From the IMG/VR virus record IMGVR_UViG_3300011335_000586, positions 1-29,753 of that record: a stretch of 29,753 nucleotides of DNA; one strand, 5' to 3'. The notes under the pieces were generated by a model. The model was not told the DNA's origin. It made no database searches and saw only the letters and a program-made list of their open reading frames with translations. Each line of letters opens with the position of its first letter. Positions within the stretch are counted from its first letter, which is position 1. Made by a program: the position numbers and the translations under genes. This document shows positions 1-9,900 of the stretch, in pieces. This DNA comes from a virus. Taxonomy: Duplodnaviria > Caudoviricetes.

Positions 1-414
1 AAACCGCTGCGCACAACCTTCCAAGGTGAAGCGAATCCCAAAGCCAAAGCAAAAAGTGTGTTTTGATCCATTCCTGAGCCTGCCGCTTCGCCCCCCTCGC
101 AGCCCACTCAATTTAGCGAAGACTCGGGGTGCGGGGGCGTGGGTACGTAGGCTAGCAGCCTGCTAGCAGCCGGGGCGGCGCGTGCCAGGGGCCGGGGTAA
201 GCATTCTTTTATTGAGGCGCGGAGAGAGGGGGCGGGGGAGGGGGATTTTGCGCGCGCGTGCGTAGGGGGGCGTCTTAACTTCCGTCGAGTAAAATCAGGT
301 TTTATGGTTTCTATAATCCTGCTTATTGCGCGAGGCTGGCAGGCGTAGCGTAGCGAAGCCAACCCAAGTATGTTGCGCGATGCAATTCCCCTAGGGGCTC
401 CTCTCTGTAAAACA

Positions 415-503
415 GATACCAGTATGTAATAGTTTAACCCCCTTTTTAATCTATTACCTTCTGGTATCCCTTTACGGTTGACAACTATTACCTTCTGGTA
501 TCC
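415..503. repeat. Three operator/iteron-like 18-19 bp repeats (CTATTACCTTCTGGTATC)
   Basis: Exact 19-bp direct repeat ctattaccttctggtatcc at 451-469 and 485-503. An inverted copy with 2 mismatches lies at 415-432. Each copy has a TAC(C)-N4-GGTA dyad. TTGACA (478-483) sits between copies 2 and 3, directly upstream of the HTH gene. Confidence 0.85.
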
Positions 504-514
504 ATTTATCCATT

Positions 515-892
515 ATGAACTGTAAAAAATGTGATGGGACAGGGGTGATTGGCGAGAAGCTGTGCGCGACTTGCCAGATGCCGGTGGTGACGAAGCGCAA
601 GAATCGTGATGCGACCATTGCGTTTGCCAGTGCGGCGTTGAACAGCAAGGAACCATCGACCCCTCCGTGGAGGTTGCTCTGGTTGGTGTTGGCGCTAGAG
701 GCGGATCAATGCGGGGAAGTGATGTTGAGCAATGCGGAGTTGTCCAAGAAATGTCGGATGAGCGGACCTGCGGTGTGGCGGGCCATGAAGGGACTGACCG
801 GATTGGGGTTGATCGAGCGGGAGAACAGAACTGGTGGACGAGGGAATTGTGCAACGGTTCGATTGAAGGGATTCGCCAATGCTAATTCCTAA
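515..892 (+). CDS. Small helix-turn-helix DNA-binding protein with N-terminal CxxC...CxxC motif
   Basis: N-terminus CKKCDGTG...CATC. The C-terminal segment SNAELSKKCRMSGPAVWRAMKGLTGLGLIERENRTG resembles a winged HTH, as in phage replication-initiator N-termini or regulators. TTGACA is upstream. Confidence 0.65.
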   Translation: MNCKKCDGTGVIGEKLCATCQMPVVTKRKNRDATIAFASAALNSKEPSTPPWRLLWLVLALEADQCGEVMLSNAELSKKCRMSGPAVWRAMKGLTGLGLIERENRTGGRGNCATVRLKGFANANS

Positions 893-1048
893 ACCCATTA
901 CGGACAGAGCGCAGCGGAAACGGCAGGGATGTCAGGACGGCCACGGTGAGCCGGAAACGGCCCCAGAACGCGTCGTGACGGTGCTGCCTAGCCAACCAGT
1001 GCCAAAACGGTCTGGGAAGGCGTGGAGAGGACGGGGACGGAGCGGGAA

Positions 1049-1294
1049 TTAGGTTATCTTTCTCCAAACCGCTCGGTTCCGCAGGGATGTAACAGTGCTT
1101 ACCGAGCGATTCATGGCCTTGGCGATTTGCGAAAAAGTCATGCCTTTTTCGCGGCAATCCATGACGAATTGAACTCGATTCTGTTTTGCGGCCAATCGCT
1201 TCTCGCGGACGCCACGCTGTTGAAGTCGTTCTTTGTATTTTTTCCCAGCGATTCCACGGGAAATCCACTGAAAGTTTTGCAGAATATCGTTCAT
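1049..1294 (-). CDS. Small HTH DNA-binding protein
   Basis: C-terminal HTH-like segment CREKGMTFSQIAKAMNRSVSTVTSL. ATG at 1294 (MNDILQ) is preceded by GAGGA. The ORF-track TTG start at 1330 is more likely part of a TTGACT -35 element. Confidence 0.6.
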   Translation of the reverse strand: MNDILQNFQWISRGIAGKKYKERLQQRGVREKRLAAKQNRVQFVMDCREKGMTFSQIAKAMNRSVSTVTSLRNRAVWRKIT

Positions 1295-1413
1295 ATCCTC
1301 AACTTTCCCCTTGGCTTTACCCTTAGTCAAGTGGAGAATTGGGCTATGAGCATATCACTTCCCACTCAACGGCGGCTGGCGGGAGAGGGCTTTGTGCGCG
1401 TTTGGAGGCTGGC

Positions 1414-1557
1414 TTGAAACCACAACCTGTCACCTGCACCATCTGCGGAGCGTTGGCCGTGGAGTTTCTAGTGATGTGGCAATGCCGCCGTCATCCACGC
1501 CATATTGCTGATCTCGCTAGACGGAAGTGGTTTGAGTGCTCTAAAAAGGGGAACTAG
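1414..1557 (+). CDS. Possible small zinc-binding protein (CxxC...CxxH)
   Basis: TTG at 1414 with GGAGG at 1404-1408. It encodes CTICG-x10-CRRH and fills an otherwise empty gap. The ORF is short and unverified. Confidence 0.3.
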   Translation: MKPQPVTCTICGALAVEFLVMWQCRRHPRHIADLARRKWFECSKKGN

Positions 1558-2282
1558 AGTTCTACCGGAAGCAGCGTTCTGGCTCTGGCTTCAAGTTTGA
1601 TGCGCCAGAAGTTTAGGTGGGACTCCATCTTTCCTGTGGGCGTATCATAATTGCAAGTTTCATGGCGGGAAATGTGATCGTTGCCAATTCGATCCCAGTG
1701 ATATGAAGGGGTGCCAGGGTAAATACGAATGTCGAAATAGCTGTTTGCGGAAATCCAAGAATCGGATGCAATCAAGGTGTCTTGCGGAAACAATTTATAG
1801 ATGTAGTCCAATTCGGCTGGAGTCAGCCGTTCAAAGAGCGAGACTGCCCATCCATTGCATTTAATCAACTTCGCGCCTTCTGTATAGTGGGCTGTGTAAT
1901 TTTGCCCGCAAACTTGAAGTGGGGAGTCGTTGCGCTCGTTCACGTTGTTCCATGCGTCAACCATTTGCGTAATGTGATGCGGATCAATCCAGTCGTCATC
2001 ATCAAGGATCGTCCAGCAATCGGTACGAACCATTTTTAGGTTGGCGATATGCTGATAAACTGGACGAACATAAATGTCCTCTTCGTTGACCACCTCGATG
2101 CGGAGTCGATGTGATTCTGGGACATTGAGCAAAAGCAGGGGGGTTGGGTGGCGATTTATGATGAGCAAACGCGCCCAAGGGTAGTCTTGTTCTATGAAGG
2201 AGCGGATCGCGTGGGCAATCGTTTTTCGTCCAATCGTTTCCATAATAATGGTCACGGTTGGATTTTTGATATGCTTTCTCAT
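1554..2282 (-). CDS. Glycosyltransferase family 2-like (GT-A fold)
   Basis: PTVTIIMETIGR...AIRSFIEQDYP...LLIIN is a typical GT2 N-terminus. WTILDDDDW supplies the DxD motif. The start is reassigned to ATG 2282, 2 nt after the upstream stop. Confidence 0.8.
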   Translation of the reverse strand: MRKHIKNPTVTIIMETIGRKTIAHAIRSFIEQDYPWARLLIINRHPTPLLLLNVPESHRLRIEVVNEEDIYVRPVYQHIANLKMVRTDCWTILDDDDWIDPHHITQMVDAWNNVNERNDSPLQVCGQNYTAHYTEGAKLIKCNGWAVSLFERLTPAELDYIYKLFPQDTLIASDSWISANSYFDIRIYPGTPSYHWDRIGNDHISRHETCNYDTPTGKMESHLNFWRIKLEARARTLLPVEL

Positions 2283-2284
2283 CG

Positions 2285-3055
2285 TTAAAATCCAGAAGCT
2301 CCAGTCGGCCCCGTAGGTCCAGTCGGCCCGGTTGCTCCCGTAGCTCCCGTAGCTCCCGTAGCTCCCGTAGCGCCCGTAGCGCCCGTAGCTCCCGTGGCTC
2401 CAGTAGGCCCTGTTCCTGCCGTCCAAGCCCAGTTTGGAACGAGTCCCCAAATCAATTCGCCGCTGGACGTGGCTTTGCGCGCCTTTTGCAGATGAGTGGT
2501 GGTGAGCTGGTCAATCCGCAGGCTCGGTTTCAGGTCAGGAAAGTCGCCGGGATCGGGGAACGGCGCATCCGGCATTGCGTTGACCGTGCTTTTGCCAGTA
2601 AACACTGCGCGCACATAAGCAATGGGCTGTCGCCAGATATTACTCACACCTGCGCTGTTGGTGTACATTGAGTTCCCCCAGCTTGCTCCATGCTTTAGGA
2701 TTGGGCCTGCGGTAATTGTTCCGGCAAAGTTAAAAGTCATCTCCAGCCAAACCCAGTCTCCGCTTGTCAATGTCATCTTGCTATCAATGTCGGTAATGGC
2801 TGCGGTCAGCGTCAGGTTGCTTTCGTCCAAAAATATCCATCCACGCCGCACATAAGCAAAAATAGAAGTTAGTGCGTCTGACGTAAATCCAGCACCATAA
2901 ACTTCAAAAGGATGAAGTTTAACTTCCTGCGGTACATCAAGCGAAGTATATGGTTTGCTTCCAGGATAATCGGAAGAACCACCAGAATTAGGTTCTGGAA
3001 ATCCGGCAGGAACAACCCGTCGAATTTGGTTTAACGTGGAGTCGAGTTCTTCCAT
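2285..3055 (-). CDS. Putative virion protein with C-terminal collagen-like (Gly-X-Thr) tail
   Basis: Ends in 13 consecutive G-X-Y triplets: GPT, 8xGAT, 3xGPT, GAS. It has a TAATG overlap with the upstream gene. Confidence 0.7.
   Translation of the reverse strand: MEELDSTLNQIRRVVPAGFPEPNSGGSSDYPGSKPYTSLDVPQEVKLHPFEVYGAGFTSDALTSIFAYVRRGWIFLDESNLTLTAAITDIDSKMTLTSGDWVWLEMTFNFAGTITAGPILKHGASWGNSMYTNSAGVSNIWRQPIAYVRAVFTGKSTVNAMPDAPFPDPGDFPDLKPSLRIDQLTTTHLQKARKATSSGELIWGLVPNWAWTAGTGPTGATGATGATGATGATGATGATGATGPTGPTGPTGASGF
2294..2410 (-). repeat. 9-bp tandem repeat encoding collagen-like G-A/P-T triplets
   Basis: The unit gctcccgta/gcgcccgta and variants repeat in tandem on the + strand. Confidence 0.95.
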
Positions 3056-4146
3056 TAGAACGTCGTAGCTTCAATTTTAGTTAGCCGCCAAAGGTTGTAT
3101 TTCCAGTATTCAACATTGGCAGAAATCACCACAAATCTTCCGATGTAGCCACCTACCCCGGTAGCTGGTGGAGTAGTAGCACCCCATGAAACGTTATCCA
3201 CTAGGTAAGGCCATTTTGGGTTTTCTGTTCCAGTAGTAAAAGATAACGATACCGCATTAGTTAGCACGTTGCTTTCACGAATGGCCGGAATAAAAAGCGG
3301 ATCACGAATTACGTCAATTACTCCAGGATTTTCTATTGTCAGAGCATTTTGTGCGGCCAACATGCTTGCTTTTGTTCCGTAAGACTTGGTGCGCGTCATT
3401 TTGACTTCGCGAGTTTTAGCGGAGCGTTTGTCCCATACAATTTCGACTATTGGAGTTCCGTCTCGGGCTATTTGATAGGATGTAGTAGCACCTGCAATTA
3501 GCGGAGGTGCGCTCATGCTGTTGGTTGGGTAATCTATTACCGTAACGCTGGCAAAATCAGTCATTGACGTAGTGATCTTGGTGCCATGAACGGCTGAAAT
3601 TGGCTGGTAAGTAATCTCGCTTCCATCAACTTGCGTAAATGGCAAAGTTGGTTTGGCAATTATCTGCATTGTGACGAGGACTTCGCTTCCAGTCTCTGCG
3701 TCCACTTCGGCGCGTATCCACGCTGTTCCAGGCAAATCTCTGGTTTCGTTGATTTCCGTAGCAATTAAATTGCCTTCTCCTTGCTCAAAGAAATTACGAA
3801 CCAATACGTTTGAAACTACTGATTCAGAACTGACAATATTGGCTTCAATATTCCTTCTGCGCTTAACCGTAATGATCTTGCTATCACGATCAATGCGCGT
3901 GCTTGTGCTGTAAGGGCCGGGGAAAATTCCATACGACCACATGACTCGTCCCTCGCTTGAGGAAGCAACGGGGCTGGAGCCGTAGAATACGTGGTTCGGC
4001 CAAGCCTGAGTGTCGGGATGGGGTTCAAGATTGGCCGGAACCCGGTAGCCGGGTGCGCGTGGATCGCACAAGATGCCAAGAATCGGATAGGCAGGGTCAT
4101 CGGCGTCGTAGGACTGAATATACGTGAGTTTGCCAAGAAGTGCCAT
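3055..4146 (-). CDS. Hypothetical virion structural protein (Thr/Ser/Val-rich, beta-type)
   Basis: Long ORF with a composition typical of tail/structural proteins. The start is reassigned to ATG 4146 (MALLGK), which avoids overlap with the divergent gene and follows a promoter-like motif. Confidence 0.55.
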   Translation of the reverse strand: MALLGKLTYIQSYDADDPAYPILGILCDPRAPGYRVPANLEPHPDTQAWPNHVFYGSSPVASSSEGRVMWSYGIFPGPYSTSTRIDRDSKIITVKRRRNIEANIVSSESVVSNVLVRNFFEQGEGNLIATEINETRDLPGTAWIRAEVDAETGSEVLVTMQIIAKPTLPFTQVDGSEITYQPISAVHGTKITTSMTDFASVTVIDYPTNSMSAPPLIAGATTSYQIARDGTPIVEIVWDKRSAKTREVKMTRTKSYGTKASMLAAQNALTIENPGVIDVIRDPLFIPAIRESNVLTNAVSLSFTTGTENPKWPYLVDNVSWGATTPPATGVGGYIGRFVVISANVEYWKYNLWRLTKIEATTF

Positions 4147-4150
4147 TTGC

Positions 4151-4189
4151 TGAGTTTTTACTTGATTTGCGTAAAAAAGCAAATACAAA
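4151..4189. promoter_or_regulatory. Overlapping divergent promoter-like elements
   Basis: Minus strand: TTGCTT-N16-TAAAAA (4182-4155), 8 nt before ATG 4146. Plus strand: TTGATT-N16-TACAAA (4162-4189), 6 nt before GTG 4196. The 49-bp intergenic gap is AT-rich. Confidence 0.5.
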
Positions 4190-4195
4190 AGAAGC

Positions 4196-4894
4196 GTGTC
4201 CTTCACTATTGCCAATGCAGTCGCACGTCTCACAGGGTCGAGGTTTAACCTCTTCCTGACGCAGAATGGGCAGATGAGTAATGTCCAGCAGCTTCAACGC
4301 ATCAACGAGGTGCTTGAACAATTCTGGCTAAAAGGAACGTGGCCGGGGCTGCACACCGAAGCGACTTTGACCTCATCCAACGGCGTAATCACACTGGACG
4401 CTTCGTATTTGCGGCTAGATGCATTGACGGCATCCGAGGACTTTACGGCACCGGATATTGGTTGCTGGACAAAAGTGGAGATCAAGCCAATGCAATATCG
4501 TTGGCAAACGGGTGGACCGGGATATTTCGATCCGACAGACGTTTGTGGCGTGGTTGCCTTTGATATGGGCGACGTTGGTGGGCTTCGGAAATATCAATTG
4601 ACCGGCGAGATCGCAACGCTCGATACCTACGAATACAGGGGGTTTGCCCGCAAACGCTACGTATGGGCAACGGCTGATTCCACAATTGTGACGCCAGATT
4701 GCTACCCTGCTCTAGAGATGGGCATCCGCGCCTACAACGCTATGGATGAGCAAGCCGACAACGCGGATGTGCTGTGGGCCAAGGCGTTTCAGGCGTTGGA
4801 TGATAGCATGGGGCAATTCAACCAAGGAAACGAATACGGAGTTCTTCAAATTGATCCCGGTCTCAGCATGAGCGCAGTAACAAACTTAGTATAA
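4196..4894 (+). CDS. Putative head-tail adaptor / tail tubular protein
   Basis: 232 aa with helical N- and C-termini around a beta-rich middle. It is the first gene before the putative ejection proteins, as in podovirus layouts. The call rests on context only. Confidence 0.4.
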   Translation: MSFTIANAVARLTGSRFNLFLTQNGQMSNVQQLQRINEVLEQFWLKGTWPGLHTEATLTSSNGVITLDASYLRLDALTASEDFTAPDIGCWTKVEIKPMQYRWQTGGPGYFDPTDVCGVVAFDMGDVGGLRKYQLTGEIATLDTYEYRGFARKRYVWATADSTIVTPDCYPALEMGIRAYNAMDEQADNADVLWAKAFQALDDSMGQFNQGNEYGVLQIDPGLSMSAVTNLV

Positions 4895-4897
4895 ATT

Positions 4898-5914
4898 ATG
4901 GCAGCACCAAGATACTTCCAAACAGAAGACGAAAAACAAATGGCGGCAATTCGCGCAGGAACAGCCGGAAGGTTTCCGCGAGAGACCAAAATGGTTCGCC
5001 CAATGTTGCCTTCAAACTACGACGCTACAGAAGCAGAACGGTGGGGCAAAAACGAATTTGGTCAATCAAAGATTCCAATGGAAAGGTATATGGAAAACAG
5101 TCGGAAGATGCGTACAGTCGAGGAGGTGCCAACTGTTGCACGCACTCCATCTCCAAAAGAACAAATTACAAGCGAGTATAGTCAGATGAATATACTTGGA
5201 AAGTATGGAGGAGCGCAGGCTATTCAAGATAGACAAAGGTCAAATGCAAGACAACTTGGTCGGCCAAGCACTGAATCCGATGCGTTTAATGATCCAGCCG
5301 TTTCTTCATTCTCTCCATCAGGAGGAAGGCTTTCTACCGAAGCGGACGTTTTTGACACATCTTCTGTTAAATATGCGCGACCATATCAAGAGCCAGTGCC
5401 TAAATGGCAGCAAGACATAACAAAAAAATATAGTGGCATTGGCATGGCTGGAACGCCAGAAAACGAAGCATACGTAGCTGAATACAAAGATAGGATGTCT
5501 TCAAAGCAACCTTTTGATACAATGGAGTTGGCTGAAGATGTAATGGGAAGGTTTGTTCCAAATACAGGGTTGAATACATCTGGTTCTGCTCCTGCGCCAA
5601 TTGGGCAATCTGGAATGTCTTCCGGTAAAATGCCTGTGCAACGCCCTTCGCTTGCCCCGCTAATCGCTAAGACAGACCCGTATGGCACAGCGCTGAATGA
5701 CCGACCAGGAGGCGGCAGAAGTTTTGAGAATTTGTCACGACCAATGGGAATGGGAACTCTTTCTCAAAGGCCCACATCAACCGCGCCAGGCGCATCGCAA
5801 CGCGTAGCAGCGCGGCGTGCAGTTATAATGAACCCCAAAAGCAGTGAGGAGGATCGCCGTTGGGCAAAAGGCATTGGCGGTGCTCGCAACGCATCTTACG
5901 GAAACTACGACTAA
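4898..5914 (+). CDS. Putative internal virion (ejection) protein
   Basis: 338 aa, Cys-free, low-complexity G/S/P/M/R-rich. First of three coupled ORFs ending in a giant protein. Confidence 0.45.
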   Translation: MAAPRYFQTEDEKQMAAIRAGTAGRFPRETKMVRPMLPSNYDATEAERWGKNEFGQSKIPMERYMENSRKMRTVEEVPTVARTPSPKEQITSEYSQMNILGKYGGAQAIQDRQRSNARQLGRPSTESDAFNDPAVSSFSPSGGRLSTEADVFDTSSVKYARPYQEPVPKWQQDITKKYSGIGMAGTPENEAYVAEYKDRMSSKQPFDTMELAEDVMGRFVPNTGLNTSGSAPAPIGQSGMSSGKMPVQRPSLAPLIAKTDPYGTALNDRPGGGRSFENLSRPMGMGTLSQRPTSTAPGASQRVAARRAVIMNPKSSEEDRRWAKGIGGARNASYGNYD

Positions 5915-6942
5915 TGAAATCACCTTTTGATCAAAATACAGAACAAGAACCTGATTCGCAGCAATCATACGAAAGGAATCTTTCGCGTGATTATGCGCCA
6001 AGCGAAAGAGTCAAGGTACGTGCGTTAGATCAACGCGCTGCATTTAACGAGGCTACGTTAAAACAACGCGCAGAAATCGCAGGTTCAAATGCAGAAATTG
6101 CAAAGTCACGCCTTGGACTATCAGAACAACGAATGGGACTGGCTGATATTCAAAGTCAAATTGCCCAAGAAAAAGCAGAACTGGCAAATAATGACTCAAA
6201 GGCTAAAGCTATGCGCGAACTGACTGTCACGCGGGAAGCAAACGGATTTTTGCGAGATGCCATTGGTATGGACCCAAACAAACCTGAATTTGACGAACAG
6301 TATCAGAAAATGTTGGCTGGCTATCAAAATGCCCCAGAAAGCAAAGCCGTGAAAGAATGGATAGACGCCCATGTTCCAATTGCAAAGGCGCGTAGAGAAA
6401 CACAGGCTCTAATTGCTAAAGAAGAGCGCGCTACAAACGAAAAAATTGCCACGGAAAAACGAATAGCAACAGCGGCAGCAGCTGAGCGCGCCCGTCTAGA
6501 AGGAATGGCAAAAGACTTGCCTATATCGCAGGTAGTTAGCGATGGCGTTACTTATAAAAAGCCAGACTTGCCAAAGCCAAAAGAAGAAAAGCCTGACACA
6601 TGGGTTAAGTATAACGCAGAGTTAGCTGCAGTACGAAAATCTCTTGGTATTCCAGTCGCAGACGAACCCGAAAACCAAAAACCACTTCCTTATGATATAC
6701 AAAAACAATTTGAAGCACGCGGAACAGCGTTGACTAAAGGCAAACCAACTCCAACACCAACTGAGGAACCGCAATTTACCGTTGGAAATCCAAGTGGCAT
6801 GTCTACACCCGCTGCGCCTGCCGCTCCCGCTCCCGCTGCTCCCGCTGCGCCTGCTGCTAATGCTGCGGCAATTGAGTGGCTAAAAGCCAACCCGAACGAT
6901 CCGCGCGCAACTGCCATAAAGGCAAAACTAGGACTGCAATAA
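5914..6942 (+). CDS. Putative internal virion (ejection) protein, coiled-coil
   Basis: ATG 5914 overlaps the upstream TAA (TAATG). A/E/K/Q-rich helical sequence with a PAAPAAPAPAAPAAPAA linker near the C-terminus. Confidence 0.5.
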   Translation: MKSPFDQNTEQEPDSQQSYERNLSRDYAPSERVKVRALDQRAAFNEATLKQRAEIAGSNAEIAKSRLGLSEQRMGLADIQSQIAQEKAELANNDSKAKAMRELTVTREANGFLRDAIGMDPNKPEFDEQYQKMLAGYQNAPESKAVKEWIDAHVPIAKARRETQALIAKEERATNEKIATEKRIATAAAAERARLEGMAKDLPISQVVSDGVTYKKPDLPKPKEEKPDTWVKYNAELAAVRKSLGIPVADEPENQKPLPYDIQKQFEARGTALTKGKPTPTPTEEPQFTVGNPSGMSTPAAPAAPAPAAPAAPAANAAAIEWLKANPNDPRATAIKAKLGLQ

Positions 6943-6943
6943 C

Positions 6944-9900
6944 ATGGCATTTGATCCTGACGTTTTTCTTGCGGAGGGCGGCGGGACTGCCGTTGCGGAA
7001 GCTCCGTTTGATCCAGACAAGTTTCTTGCTCAGGATTCCGCTATATTCGACCCAGACGCGTTTCTTGCTGGCAGCTCCCCCGTTGGTTCGATAGCTACTC
7101 CTTCGGTCAATACCGGAGACTACACCATCTCCAGCGCCAAGGCTGCGCCGACAAACGCTGTCCCGGCTCTTAGCCCTATTAACGGAGAATGGACTCCAGA
7201 AGTTATTGCATCCCAGAACGCCAGGGCTGACGAATTTAATCCCCCAACGGAAAGCGCACTTCGCGAAAGAAGTTATAACGAGGCGTTGACTCCATTCTTT
7301 CAAGAAAGTCAGGGTCCGCGAAGACTTACCAAAGCTGAATGGTGGGCGTCACAAACACCAAGAGTTGAGGCGTTTGAACCAAAAACATTTACTAGCGAAC
7401 TAGGTAAAAACGACATTCCTGGAGCAATTGGAGTTGCTTATAAAGCTGCTCGCGAATCATTGACTGGCATTCTTCCTCCTACTGAGGAACAAATTCTTAA
7501 CCAATCTGTGCCGTGGGGAACTAATCCTGATGGTAGTATAAAATACGAATACAAACCGCTAGGCAGTCGGCTCGATAAAACAGGCATAATGACACCTTTG
7601 CTTGAGACGCAAATGATGCCTCCAGAAGCAGGTGATAGCACTATGGGTGCAGTCGGAAAATCTACATTCAATTTTATGGCCGGGTTGGTCAATTTTGGAT
7701 TGAGTCCATTGGGCATTGCGACGGTGGGGCTTGGGGCCGGGACTGGTGCGGCTACTCGCGCAGCAGGATTTGCTCCGGCTGGCTTAGGCGCAGAAGGGTC
7801 CGTTGCCGCGCAAACTGCCGCAAGGCTTGCTGCTACAGCCCGTGTAGCATCAGGGGGATTTGCAATAGACATGGCATCGGCTGTGCCTGAACAATACAAG
7901 GCAGCAACAGAATCGCCTACATTGCAAGGTAGGATTGAAGGATGGCTAGGAACCGTATCTTCATTGGGCTTTGCGGCATTGGCAGCTAAACACGCAGCCA
8001 AAAAGCCACTAGAGCTTGCAGAGCGTCAAACTATTGAAAGCGTGGTGGAACTAGCTAAACGCACACCGGATGCCGTTCTGGAAACGGTGGCGCGCAACAT
8101 GGAAGTAGATGTGTATTCGCGCAATCTGGCTATAGCGGAACTACAACGCCGCCAAACGGAGCGGCAAGCCGCACTTGCGCCAGAGGCTGCTGCTGCTGCT
8201 GAAGCGGCAGGAACCGCGCTGCCTAGCGGCACAGCAGGACCGCCCGCAAAACCAAACGCCTATGATGGAATAGATTCGCAGGCAATACAAGACGCTCTGG
8301 ACGGTAAGAATGGAACGATTCCAAACCCGACAGATAGGGCAGCAGCGATAACAGAACTGGAAAGAAGGCAAGCCAAAGATACTGCTGCTAAAACAACAGA
8401 ACCGCCTGATCCGGCGGCTACTGCTGTTGGTGTTATCAAAACAGCAGCGGCTGCTGATGCGGCTGGTAAGCCGTTTTCGCCACGCATTGAAGAGCCTGGC
8501 ACACCGACGCCATACGGGCGCGAGACGGACGTATATGATATTACGACAGGATTGCAGCGCAAACCAACCCCCGCCGCGCCCGCTGCGCTGGAGGTTGCTA
8601 CACCCGTTGCGCCGGTGCCTGAGTCGGTTGTAAGTCCAAAACCAAAAGGACCAGAGCCAACCATTCAACAATCTCTCAATGAAGCCTTAGAGGTTTCAGG
8701 CGACTTGCCAAGCGCGTGGGAGAACTTGGACAATCAAGTAAAGGCGTTGGAAAACAACGAAACAAACAAGGCTGCTATTAAACGACTCAATGCCGCTAAA
8801 CGCAAAATTGCGAACACGCTGGAAGAAGAGTCGAGGCGCGCAGAAATCGAACAATTAGAAGTAGAACAAAATAAAGGATACGAGTTGCTTTCAAGCATCA
8901 AGCAGCTTGGTGGTTTGCCGACGCTTGGCGAGAAGGGGCGCTATGCTACTGGAGAACTAAAGCGCATTGCGGAGACATCTAAAGGCGCGTTTTTAAGTTT
9001 CTTTCGCAAGGGCGCAAAGTCGCTGGATCAATTACGCGAAAGCCTAAATGAGCGTGGATTTGATTTTGAAACGCCCGAGCAAATGCTCATGGCAATTGAA
9101 GACTCGCTTGCCACAAACAAAAAACAATATAGCAGTCAGTTTCCAGAAGGATATGTTGGCGGTGGCGGCGCGATGGGGCCGGTTGAAAGGGCGTATCAGG
9201 ATGCGTCGCGAAAGATTTTCCAGTCCGCACAGGAGCCGATTCAGCAACGGCGCGTAGAAGAGCAGCGCGGAGACCGCGAAGAGTGGTTGCGGCGTAGCGA
9301 TCCTGAACGCATGGCGGAAGCTGAGTCGATCATGGAAAGGGACCCGCAGGCTGGTCAGAAATTAGTGGATAGCATTAACGCTGGCGAAACCAAATCCGCT
9401 ACCGATGTTCAAGAATTGATTCTTGCCCGCGAATTGATAGACCAGTACGCGGCACGCGATGCGGCGGCGGAACGTCTTGCTGACCCTGACCCAACAATCC
9501 CGCCAACGGAACGAGCTTTTTTTGAAAAAGAATTTAACGCAGCAAACGAGCGCATTGGTAAAACTGAGGACGCATCTGACAAGACTGGCAGCGAGAAAGG
9601 CGCGGGATTTCGGATGCGGCGAATGATGATTGCAGACGATTATTCATTGCGGGGACTTTCGCGGCGGGAAAGGAAGATGAAGGGGCGTGATTTAACACCG
9701 GAAGAAATCGAGGCGTTGCGTAAGGAATCCAACGCAATTAAGAAAAAACAGGAAGAAATTGACAGCGTTGTTGAAAAGGAAAGCAAGGAGCAAGAAGAAG
9801 CTGCTGTGGATTCGGTGCTTGCCGCTGCTATTGCTGACAGGGAGGCGCAAAAGTCCGAAGCGCAGAAGTCAGGCAATCTGCCGTACAACCAGAAGGTATT

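Noticed and set aside
108-362. 84-aa minus-strand ORF
   Set aside because: It is a Pro/Arg/Ala-rich translation of G-tract DNA with a TTG start and no motif, so it is probably non-coding.
451-503. CRISPR-like mini-array
   Set aside because: There are only two 19-bp direct copies separated by 15 bp, which is too short for repeat-spacer geometry. No cas genes are present.
1049-1294. Similarity of this HTH (KGMTFSQIAKAM) to the HNH N-terminal HTH (KGCSLSQIGKAI)
   Set aside because: The match is limited to generic HTH consensus positions, which is not enough to claim a relationship.
2283-2450. N-terminal YGSYGS-repeat extension of the GT2 ORF, or a frameshift fusion of the collagen protein to GT2
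   Set aside because: It is the alternative frame of the 9-bp collagen repeat, which is stop-free by construction. No canonical slippery heptamer is present, and a good ATG exists at 2282.
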